Below are positions 8,422 through 16,246 of a stretch of 33,554 bases of DNA, one piece after another. Within the stretch, counting starts at the first letter, position 1, and each line of letters begins with the position of its first letter. A program made the translations under genes and the position numbers. Source of the DNA: an uncultured Ruminococcus sp. (GTDB taxonomy: Bacteria > Bacillota > Clostridia > UBA1212 > UBA1255). Location: positions 1-33,554 of the forward strand of contig CADBOE010000115.1 in NCBI GenBank assembly GCA_902796205.1, read 5' to 3'. The notes beneath the pieces are model-generated. The model was not told the DNA's origin. It saw only the letters and a list, made by a program, of their open reading frames with translations, and made no database searches.

Positions 8422-10551
8422 ATGTCCGTCAGCGTTACGTTTCTGAAAGGCGTAAAAGGAAAGCGCCGGCAGCAGTTGAATGAACTCGGCGTCGAGACCG
8501 TCGACGATCTCGTGCGCCTCATGCCGCGGTATTACGAGGACAGGTCCGGTATCAGGAGCTGCTCGGAGCTTTCGGACGGTGCGGGCGCGACCGTGAAGGT
8601 CCGGATAATGCGTATATCGTTCAGGCAGATAAACAGGAGCAGGTCGGTGCTGAATCTCCTGTGCGAGGACGACACGGGCCGGATCGGCATATCGTTTTTC
8701 AATCAGAGATATATACGCGACAGATTTGAAAAGGGGCAGGAGGCTCTCTTCTTCGGAAAAGTTGTCCGCGGCTACAGGGGCGGCCTGGAAATGGTGAATC
8801 CGGAATTCGTGCTGCCGGAGGACGGCGTCATGCTGACCGACGGGGAAATAAAAGGCTTCAGCGGCGTTTATCCGGTTTATCCGCTTACAAAAGGGCTTTC
8901 CCAGAAAATGCTGCGGAAATTCATCGGCGAGGCGCTTTCGCTCGTGCCCGAATTTGCCGATCCGCTTCCCGAAAGCATAAAAAAAGAATATTCACTTATC
9001 CGGCTGAACGACGCGATCAGGCGGGTCCACAGGCCGGAAACGGTCGGCGACGCGGAAGAAGCGCGGCGGAGGCTCGCTTTTGACGAGCTTCTCGGGACAA
9101 GGCTCATGCTGCTGCTGATGAAGCAAAGCTATGCCGGCGGGGCCGGAGGCAACCGATTCAACGACGAACCGCTCACGCCCGCTCTCAGAAAGCTGCTCCC
9201 GTTCGAACTGACCGATTCGCAGGAGGCCGTCTGGCGCGATATTCAGGCGGATATGGCCGTAAACAGGCCGATGAACCGTCTGGTTATGGGCGACGTCGGC
9301 TCCGGCAAAACGGTTCTTGCCATGCTCGCCATTCTCCGCGCCGCCGGAAACGGTTTTCAGTCCGCGTACATGGCTCCGACCGAGGTCCTCGCCGAGCAGC
9401 ATTACGCCAATATCGCGCCAGTGTTCGGGAAGCTCGGCGTTTCCTGCGCGCTCCTCACGGGCGCCGTGACCGGGAAAAACAGGGCCGAGATCCTGGAGCG
9501 TATCGCCGACGGAACGCTGTTGTGCGTCATCGGCACGCACGCGCTCATTCAGCGCGGCGTCAGCTGGAACCGCCTCGGCCTCGCCGTTACCGACGAGCAG
9601 CACCGGTTCGGCGTGCGTCAGCGGGGGATGTTTTTTGAAAAATCAAAGGGCTCCGCGGTTCCCGACATACTTGTAATGACCGCGACTCCCATACCGCGCA
9701 CGCTCGGCATGATCCTTTACGGGGACATGGATATCTCGCGGGTGGAGACGCTTCCGACGGGAAGGAAGCCGATACAGACCTACCTTGACGACGGACGCCG
9801 GCGGGAGAGGATTTACCGCTGGGCCGCGGAGCTTGCCCGACAGGGAAGGCAGATCTATATCGTTCACGCCGCCATCGGAGACGAAAAGGGAGCGGACGGG
9901 GCTGACGGAGAGGAAGCGGAGGAAGACGCGGGGGTCACGACGGACGTTCTCTCCGCGACGGACAATTTTGCCGAAGCGTCGGGTACGTATTTTTCCGGGT
10001 TGACAACGGCGCTTCTGCACGGCCGCCTTCCCGACAGGGAAAAGAACGATATCATGCGCCGTTTTGCCGGAGGCGAAATCAGCGTGCTCTTTTCGACGAC
10101 CGTTATAGAGGTCGGCGTCGACGTGGCCAACGCGTGCCTGATGATCATAGAAAATTCCGAGCGTTTCGGCCTTTCGCAGCTTCACCAGCTGAGAGGCCGC
10201 GTAGGGCGCGGGAGCGAGCAATCATATTGCGTACTCCTGACGACGCATCATATAAACCCGGATCCGCCCGACGACGATCTTGTTTCCCGCCGTCTGCTGA
10301 CGCTGAGGGACTGCCTGAGCGGCGAAAAAATCGCCGAAGAGGATCTCAGGCTCCGCGGTCCGGGAGACTTTTTCGGCGTAAGCCAGCACGGCCTTCCGGC
10401 TTTTCATGCCGCGAATCTCTATACAGACGGAAAATTGCTGGAAATAACGGAAAATATTGCCGCCCGCATCGCCTCGGCGCCGGAAAACAGCGAATATTCG
10501 GAATATATCGACCACGTGCGAAAGCGTATGCCGGAGGCCGCCGTGCTCTGA
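8422..10551 (+). CDS. recG: ATP-dependent DNA helicase RecG
   Basis: Wedge-domain N-terminus, ARRRLAFDEL, GDVGSGKT, MAPTEVLAEQH, DEQHRFG, MTATPIPR, QLRGRVGRG, DLRLRGPGDFFG. Confidence 0.96.
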   Translation: MSVSVTFLKGVKGKRRQQLNELGVETVDDLVRLMPRYYEDRSGIRSCSELSDGAGATVKVRIMRISFRQINRSRSVLNLLCEDDTGRIGISFFNQRYIRDRFEKGQEALFFGKVVRGYRGGLEMVNPEFVLPEDGVMLTDGEIKGFSGVYPVYPLTKGLSQKMLRKFIGEALSLVPEFADPLPESIKKEYSLIRLNDAIRRVHRPETVGDAEEARRRLAFDELLGTRLMLLLMKQSYAGGAGGNRFNDEPLTPALRKLLPFELTDSQEAVWRDIQADMAVNRPMNRLVMGDVGSGKTVLAMLAILRAAGNGFQSAYMAPTEVLAEQHYANIAPVFGKLGVSCALLTGAVTGKNRAEILERIADGTLLCVIGTHALIQRGVSWNRLGLAVTDEQHRFGVRQRGMFFEKSKGSAVPDILVMTATPIPRTLGMILYGDMDISRVETLPTGRKPIQTYLDDGRRRERIYRWAAELARQGRQIYIVHAAIGDEKGADGADGEEAEEDAGVTTDVLSATDNFAEASGTYFSGLTTALLHGRLPDREKNDIMRRFAGGEISVLFSTTVIEVGVDVANACLMIIENSERFGLSQLHQLRGRVGRGSEQSYCVLLTTHHINPDPPDDDLVSRRLLTLRDCLSGEKIAEEDLRLRGPGDFFGVSQHGLPAFHAANLYTDGKLLEITENIAARIASAPENSEYSEYIDHVRKRMPEAAVL

Positions 10552-10616
10552 TCAGCCTGCGGGGGATCACATGCCGGACGTCGCCGTAAGCCGTACCTCC
10601 GTACCACATACCCTGT

Positions 10617-11582
10617 TCATCCCGCGCCGAAAGCGGAATCGAGAGCTTTGTTCAGGCGGTTCAGAACGCCTTTTTTGTCCGTGCACCACGCGGGGGCGAT
10701 GAGCAGCTTCCGGGGAGGATCGCCGGTGAAGCGGTGTATGACGATCTCCGGAGGCAGCAGCCGTACGGCGGAAACGATCAGCTCCCTGTATTCTTCTTCG
10801 GTCAGCGCGGGAAACGCTCCGGCGAGATACAGACCGGCGAGATCGGTCCCTTTCAGCACGTGCAGAAGCTGGAATTTCACGCCGCAGACTCCCGAGCGGG
10901 CAACGTATTTTACGGATTCGAGCATCATTTCCCTGCTTTCGGGCACGAGGCGATCTCCTTCCGCGGGATACGGAAGCCCGAATATCAGATGCGTGACGAC
11001 CCTCGCGCCTGCTTTTTTCAGATCGCTGACGGCTCTGTCGTACGTTTCGAGCGGATAGCCGCGGCGAATGAAGGCGGCCGTCTTTTCATGTATCGTCTGC
11101 AGCCCGAGTTCTACGAAAAGGACCGTTTTTTTCGCGAGTCTTTCGAGCATTTCGATTATCTCCGGCGGCAGGCAGTCGGGACGGGTGGCGATCGAGAGCG
11201 CCTTCACCGACGGGTCGGAAAGAGCCGCGTTGAAAAGAGGCTCCAGCCGTTCCGCGGGGCCGTACGTATTTGTGAAATTCTGAAAATATGCTATAAAGCC
11301 GGCTTTGCCGACGTCGATCTTGCGCCCGAGCCGCTGCTTTGCCCTGTCCAGTTCCTCCTGCCTGCCCGTAAAGCGTTCCGCGAAGTCGCCTCCGCCCGCG
11401 GAAGAGCAGAAAATACAGCCACGGCTCCCGGCGCGCCCGTCCCTGTTAGGGCAGGTGCATCCGATATCGAGGGCGAGCTTGTAGATCTTCCGCCCGAATT
11501 CGGCGCGGAGACTTTCTCCGGCGGTCAGAGGGCGCGTGCCGTATGAACGTTCTGTGAAAGCACTATTATCCGTTGTATTCAC
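10617..11582 (-). CDS. TIGR01212/YhcC-like radical SAM protein
   Basis: TCPNRDG..GCIFC, YFQNFTNTY, IATRPDCL, VELGLQT; start uncertain (GTG 11582 overlapping the upstream stop, or the ORF-track start at 11603). Confidence 0.88.
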   Translation of the reverse strand: MNTTDNSAFTERSYGTRPLTAGESLRAEFGRKIYKLALDIGCTCPNRDGRAGSRGCIFCSSAGGGDFAERFTGRQEELDRAKQRLGRKIDVGKAGFIAYFQNFTNTYGPAERLEPLFNAALSDPSVKALSIATRPDCLPPEIIEMLERLAKKTVLFVELGLQTIHEKTAAFIRRGYPLETYDRAVSDLKKAGARVVTHLIFGLPYPAEGDRLVPESREMMLESVKYVARSGVCGVKFQLLHVLKGTDLAGLYLAGAFPALTEEEYRELIVSAVRLLPPEIVIHRFTGDPPRKLLIAPAWCTDKKGVLNRLNKALDSAFGAG

Positions 11583-12061
11583 TTTTTTCTGTTTACAAGA
11601 CAAAAAACGGCTGCCGCAGCGGCCGTGCCCGCGGCGAATCCGGCGAAGTCGATCACAACGTCGATGACTTCAGGGGAACGGCCGGGCGAAAAATATTGCA
11701 GCGTTTCGTCGGCAATTGCGGAGAGGAGCCCGAACGAGGTCAGCCAGCCGAAAGCCGGGAACGCGGCGGACGGCAGTTTTCCGCCTTTCATCTTCACGCG
11801 CAGCAGCACCGTCAGCGAAGACAGGACTCCGAGCAGGAGAAATTCGACGAAATGCGCGGCTTTTCTGACGAGATGATCCGTTATGCCCGGAAAAATATCC
11901 CGGAGCAGGGAAAGAAGCCGGCCGCTGTCGTCGGAAGAATCGGCGGCGGTTTTCAGCGAATTCGAGAAAAGGAAGAAAAGCCAGATAACGGTCAGGCAGA
12001 GCAGAATGATATTGACCGCGGTCCCGCGCCGGTACGTCCGGCTTTTCTCCCTCTGAAGCAT
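11579..12061 (-). CDS. VanZ-like family membrane protein
   Basis: VRKAAHFVEFLLLG, ADETLQYFSPGRS and DVVID motifs; several TM segments. Confidence 0.85.
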   Translation of the reverse strand: MLQREKSRTYRRGTAVNIILLCLTVIWLFFLFSNSLKTAADSSDDSGRLLSLLRDIFPGITDHLVRKAAHFVEFLLLGVLSSLTVLLRVKMKGGKLPSAAFPAFGWLTSFGLLSAIADETLQYFSPGRSPEVIDVVIDFAGFAAGTAAAAAVFCLVNRKK

Positions 12062-13788
12062 CAGCGAATTACCGTTATCTCTGCGGGAGCTTCGATCCTG
12101 GATACGATCTCGCCCTTCGTGTTGTATTTGTGAATAACGTGTATCGTGCCGTAAGGCGTCGGATAAGTGCCTTCCGCGAAGCGGAGATCCCCGAGCCTCG
12201 GAGCGATGCGGACGGTCTTGCAGCCGGGCTCAACGGGCGTGATTCCGAGCACGTATTTCGAGAGGAACGCGGCGGGGCCGGACGCCCAGCCGTGGCACAG
12301 GCTGTGGCGGAAGCCGACGTAGCAGTACGCGCCGTAATCGCCGTGAAGGTCTTTTACTCCCTCGGGGACGAGCTCGTCGATCCTGCCGGAGCCCTCGAGC
12401 CATTCGAGATTGAAGTCCTCCCAGAACGTTGTCGCTCCGCGGTCGAGCATCGCTCCCCAGAAATCGCGTATCATATCGAGGGCGGCGCCGGTCTCGTCCA
12501 GCTCGGCGAGAGCCTGAAGAACGTAGAAGCCGAAGAAAGTGGAAATGCGGTAGGCGCCGTCTTTTTTTATGACGTTGTCAGCCAGTGCGCGGGCCGCGGA
12601 GCCGTCCGCGATACCGGCGAGGATGAGCATTGCCGCCGCCTGCTTGTTGCCGTTCGGGTCGGGCATATGAGAGCGGAGCTTTTCCGAGGCCTCGCGGCAC
12701 ATTGCCGCCGCTTCGGCTTCGCCGAGCTCGTCGCACAGGAACGCTCCGGCGTCGAAGCACATTTTCAGCATACCCTGATAACCTGCGTGGATGGCGGCGG
12801 GATCGTTGTCGCTGGGCCAGTCGAGAAGGCGTCGGCCGGGGAGCTTTTCGCTGCCGTCGTTACCGACGTAATCGCGGAAAAATCCGAGAAGCTTTACGAG
12901 GTATTCGCGCTGCTCCGCCAAGTATTCCTTGTTTCCGTTCTGCATGTACCAGCCGTAATGGACGAGCACCCACCATACGGAATAGCCGGATATCCCGCAC
13001 ATCATGAGCGGAAGCGGAGATTCGTCGCGCGCCAGGTCGAGGCTCTTTTCGACGCTCGGATCGTGACCGAAAACGGCCTGGATGGTGGAGGTTTCGGGGT
13101 GAATGTCGCCGATCCACACGAGCCGGTCGCGCTTTATGCCGTCCCAGACGTATTCCTGCATGTTGAGGTGAACGGTGTACGCGGCGGTGTTCCAGATGCG
13201 GTCGAGCCTTGCGTCGTTTGAGTGGAACGAGCCCTTGTATTCGAGCTCGCGATATACGAATATGCCGTCGACGGCCATTATCCTGATCGAGGCACCCGGG
13301 TCGAGAAGGTCGATCCTGGCGAACCTGAATCCGGAAGGCCCGAGCTCAGGCATGCTGTAGTGGCCGACGTCGATAATCTGGTCGCGGTTAATGTGATCGT
13401 TCGTGGCGTTCTGCTTTCCGCCAAGCTCGGACATCGCCTCCTGGGCGGATTCGCCGAAGCGGACCCTCAGCTTCACGCGGGAGGGATTCGGGCTGTGAAT
13501 GAATATTTTCAGATTTCCGTGAAATTCCACGCCGTAATCGATGAGGATCGCCGCGGGCGAAAAACCGTCGCCTTCGGGACCGTTGGCCATTGTCATCATT
13601 TTCTGTATATTGAAGTGGATCTGTTCGGGATGAGGCTCGAGCAGGCATTCCTCTCCGGTGACGCCGGGCGTTTTCCAGAGAATACGCTTCGGCAGCATGA
13701 AGCGGCGAACGCGCGGATCGGGCTCGGTTCTGCAGAGCGTTTCGGGCGCACGGATCCCGGCGGGAACGAAGTTGGGATTCTGGTTCAT
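12061..13788 (-). CDS. alpha-L-rhamnosidase-like protein (GH78, short form)
   Basis: DGIKRDRLVWIGD, GATTFWE, SLCHGW, PTPYGTI; GGAGG RBS. Confidence 0.85.
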   Translation of the reverse strand: MNQNPNFVPAGIRAPETLCRTEPDPRVRRFMLPKRILWKTPGVTGEECLLEPHPEQIHFNIQKMMTMANGPEGDGFSPAAILIDYGVEFHGNLKIFIHSPNPSRVKLRVRFGESAQEAMSELGGKQNATNDHINRDQIIDVGHYSMPELGPSGFRFARIDLLDPGASIRIMAVDGIFVYRELEYKGSFHSNDARLDRIWNTAAYTVHLNMQEYVWDGIKRDRLVWIGDIHPETSTIQAVFGHDPSVEKSLDLARDESPLPLMMCGISGYSVWWVLVHYGWYMQNGNKEYLAEQREYLVKLLGFFRDYVGNDGSEKLPGRRLLDWPSDNDPAAIHAGYQGMLKMCFDAGAFLCDELGEAEAAAMCREASEKLRSHMPDPNGNKQAAAMLILAGIADGSAARALADNVIKKDGAYRISTFFGFYVLQALAELDETGAALDMIRDFWGAMLDRGATTFWEDFNLEWLEGSGRIDELVPEGVKDLHGDYGAYCYVGFRHSLCHGWASGPAAFLSKYVLGITPVEPGCKTVRIAPRLGDLRFAEGTYPTPYGTIHVIHKYNTKGEIVSRIEAPAEITVIR

Positions 13789-13822
13789 GTTGACCTCCTG
13801 GATATTAGGATTTGATGGGCCA

Positions 13823-13852
13823 ATGCTAACACTTTTGCGCGGTCGTTGTCAA
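13823..13852 (-). promoter_or_regulatory. sigma-A promoter of the GH78-vanZ-radical SAM operon
   Basis: Minus strand TTGACA, 18 bp spacer, TG-n-TAGCAT. Confidence 0.65.
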
Positions 13853-13870
13853 CGGATTTGTGCCCGTTCC

Positions 13871-14139
13871 GGGGCTGTCCCCCGTTGCATCTTTGCCAGG
13901 GACAGAAGGCGAAACGAGGGTCTGTCCCCCGTTGCATCTTTGCCGGGGACAGTGGTGAAACGAGGGTCTGTCCCCCGTTGCATCTTTGCCGGGGACAGAG
14001 GGCGAAACGAGGGTCTGTCCCCCGTTGCATTTTTGCCGGGGACAGAAGGTGAAACGAGGGTCTGTCCCCCGTTGCATTTTTGCCGGGGACAGAGGGCGAA
14101 ACGAGGGTCTGTCCCCCGTTGCATGTCCCCGGGTGCACC
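13871..14139 (-). repeat. tandem array of 47-bp hairpin (REP-like) units, about 5.4 copies plus head segment
   Basis: Plus-strand unit GGGTCTGTCCCCCGTTGCATYTTTGCCGGGGACAGARGGYGAAACGA at 13871, 13918 (46 bp), 13964, 14011, 14058, partial 14105; reverse-complement homologue of the 7.3 kb unit. Confidence 0.97.
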
Positions 14140-14179
14140 TCGTTGCCGCGTCGAGCTTCTCCGCATTTCAAATTAACAG

Positions 14180-14209
14180 TAGACACGGGGCGCCCGCGGT
14201 CGCTATAAT
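14180..14209 (+). promoter_or_regulatory. putative sigma-A promoter of the PHP gene
   Basis: TAGACA, 18 bp spacer, TATAAT (14204-14209). Confidence 0.6.
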
Positions 14210-14263
14210 GGCGGTACCGTAAATCAATATCCCGACGAGGGATCGGATCCGGGCAAATAATAG

Positions 14264-14363
14264 TTTTCCACAGCGAGACTGTTGAAAACCCGCGGGCGGT
14301 TGTGGAAAAACCTGCGGGAAATTCCGGGGAAAGTGTGGAAAATAAAAAGGAAAAGGTGGAAAA
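14264..14363. promoter_or_regulatory. DnaA-box-like cluster
   Basis: TTTTCCACA 14264-14272; TGTGGAAAA 14301-14309 and 14334-14342; one-mismatch copies at 14280-14288 and 14355-14363. Confidence 0.6.
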
Positions 14364-14364
14364 T

Positions 14365-15318
14365 ATGAGGAAATATCTGCTGCCGGCGGACGGGAAGCCG
14401 ATCAAGGCAAATCTCCATTGTCACAGTACGTATTCGGACGGGAAATATACCGTCGAACATCTGAAGAAAATTTATGAAGAAAAAGGTTACGGCGTGGTCG
14501 CTTTTTCGGATCACAACCGTCTTCTTCCGCACCCGGAGCTCAGGAGCGACGGGTTCGTCCCGCTCACCGCGACAGAGATCGACGTCAACGGGCCGGAGGA
14601 GCGCACGTATCATCTTAATTTCTTTTCGGCGGATCCGGACAGGACCGAATTCCCGGAGATAGACAGGATTTACGGCGTCGACGGAGTTAACGAAATAATC
14701 CGCAGAGGCAACGAGGCCGGCTTTCTCTGTCAGTACAACCACCCCCGCTGGTCGCTCCAGACGCCCGAGGACTTCACCGGACTGCGCGGACTCTGGGGTT
14801 TTGAAGTTTTCAACACCGGCTGCGAGGTGTCGATGTGCGACGGCTGGGGAGATTACGAATACGAAGTGATGTGCCGGGACGGGAAGGAACTGCCGGTCGC
14901 CGTTGCCACCGACGACAATCACAACTGGCCGGTAGAGCCGGGCGATGCGGGCGATCCCTACGACGACTCGTTCATGGGCTGGACGACGATAATTGCTCCC
15001 GAGCTGTCGTATTCCGCGGTCATTGACGCGATGAAAAAAGGCAACTGCTACGCGACCACGGGACCGGAAATAACCGGACTTTACGTCGAAAACGAGAAAC
15101 TTCACGTCGAATGTACGCCCGCGAAGGCAATATTCATACGTTTTGAGAGAAGACGTTCGGACTACAGGAGAAGCAACGGCCGCGACATCACCGGCGCCGA
15201 ATTCGACGTCAGCGGCGACTACCGGTTTTTCCGCCTTGAGATACACGACGGCGAGGGCAACAAGGCGATGACAAGGGCCTACAGCCGCGACGAGATATAC
15301 GGAAATGCCGACCGCTGA
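14365..15318 (+). CDS. PHP-domain metallohydrolase
   Basis: NLHCHSTYSDG, FSDHN, ATEI, YNHP, FEVFN, TDDNH; start placed at MRKYLL because the upstream extension is translated DnaA-box DNA. Confidence 0.85.
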   Translation: MRKYLLPADGKPIKANLHCHSTYSDGKYTVEHLKKIYEEKGYGVVAFSDHNRLLPHPELRSDGFVPLTATEIDVNGPEERTYHLNFFSADPDRTEFPEIDRIYGVDGVNEIIRRGNEAGFLCQYNHPRWSLQTPEDFTGLRGLWGFEVFNTGCEVSMCDGWGDYEYEVMCRDGKELPVAVATDDNHNWPVEPGDAGDPYDDSFMGWTTIIAPELSYSAVIDAMKKGNCYATTGPEITGLYVENEKLHVECTPAKAIFIRFERRRSDYRRSNGRDITGAEFDVSGDYRFFRLEIHDGEGNKAMTRAYSRDEIYGNADR

Positions 15319-15324
15319 GCACGG

Positions 15325-15374
15325 ATTATTTCCCGGGAAATAATTTGTCTTCCGAATGAAACTGCCTGTATCAT
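15325..15374 (+). promoter_or_regulatory. perfect 20-bp palindrome abutting a putative promoter
   Basis: ATTATTTCCCGGGAAATAAT (15325-15344), then TTGTCT, 18 bp spacer, TATCAT. Confidence 0.5.
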
Positions 15375-15451
15375 ACGTGCCGCGAAGCACGTGCAGCAGC
15401 AGAAATAATTCGGAAAGGCGGTGCCCCGCGCACGGGCGGGGCGAAAACAAA

Positions 15452-16159
15452 ATGCTTGTTGATTTGATCGAGTTCAGATTCGGAGGCGCGGCAGATACGC
15501 GCGGAGAGAAAGAGGTCATTTTCGAAGGGTGGTTCCCGGAGGGAACGGAAAAAGAAACGGTGATACGGCTCCTGAACACGGAGCCGCCCGGGTTCGGGAA
15601 AAGGAAAAAATGCGGCCGGGACGACAGCGGTTGCGGAGACGACTGCGAAAAATGTATGTTCGGACCTGCAGAAACGGTCAGCAGAGTCGTTGAGTTTTAC
15701 TACGGCGACGGGACCCGGGAAAAGTGCGACACCGAAGGCTCGCCGGCGGCGCCGGAGTACGAGGCAGGGAAGGCGCAGCCTGTATTTATGGAAAAAACGG
15801 GACACAGAATGCTTGTGCTGCTGCCGGGCGAGGCTCCGTACTGCGCCGTCATACAGGACAGACTCGGCGAGCTGCAGCGCTGTGTCGGGGGACTTATAGA
15901 GATCACATATCCGTTTGACGACGACTGCGTTGTTATCGGAAACGAAGAAGCAAAGCTGATCGGTATGGCGGGAAACCGCCGGATAAACGGCGAAATATAC
16001 GCGGGGCCGCTTCTTATCGCCGGCGACGACGGAGAGGGGGGCCTGTGCAGCCTGACCGAAGAGCAGATCGGCAGATACGCGGGAGCTTTTGCGGAGCCGG
16101 AATATATTTCCGACGCGGAAGTGGAGAGAAGCATAGGTTTTACGATATACGCGGTATAG
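15452..16159 (+). CDS. DUF3846-like domain protein with Cys-rich N-terminal region
   Basis: C-terminal LQRCVGGLIE..YPFDD..NEEAKL..NR..I.AG..SLTEEQI..F.EPE pattern; start uncertain. Confidence 0.72.
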   Translation: MLVDLIEFRFGGAADTRGEKEVIFEGWFPEGTEKETVIRLLNTEPPGFGKRKKCGRDDSGCGDDCEKCMFGPAETVSRVVEFYYGDGTREKCDTEGSPAAPEYEAGKAQPVFMEKTGHRMLVLLPGEAPYCAVIQDRLGELQRCVGGLIEITYPFDDDCVVIGNEEAKLIGMAGNRRINGEIYAGPLLIAGDDGEGGLCSLTEEQIGRYAGAFAEPEYISDAEVERSIGFTIYAV

Positions 16160-16246
16160 GGAACATACGGCAGAATATGTGGCGGCGCCGGTGAAAAAGG
16201 CGTCGCGGAAAACGGAAAATGACAATACGGAAAGGCGCGGTTGATC

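Noticed and set aside
11579-12061. Glycopeptide or beta-lactam resistance reading of vanZ-like and serine hydrolase genes
   Set aside because: No van cluster is present; both families are widespread and mostly unrelated to resistance.
13785-14405. Several ORFs across array 2 and the DnaA boxes
   Set aside because: Translations of repeats with the frame shifting every unit; no coding signals.
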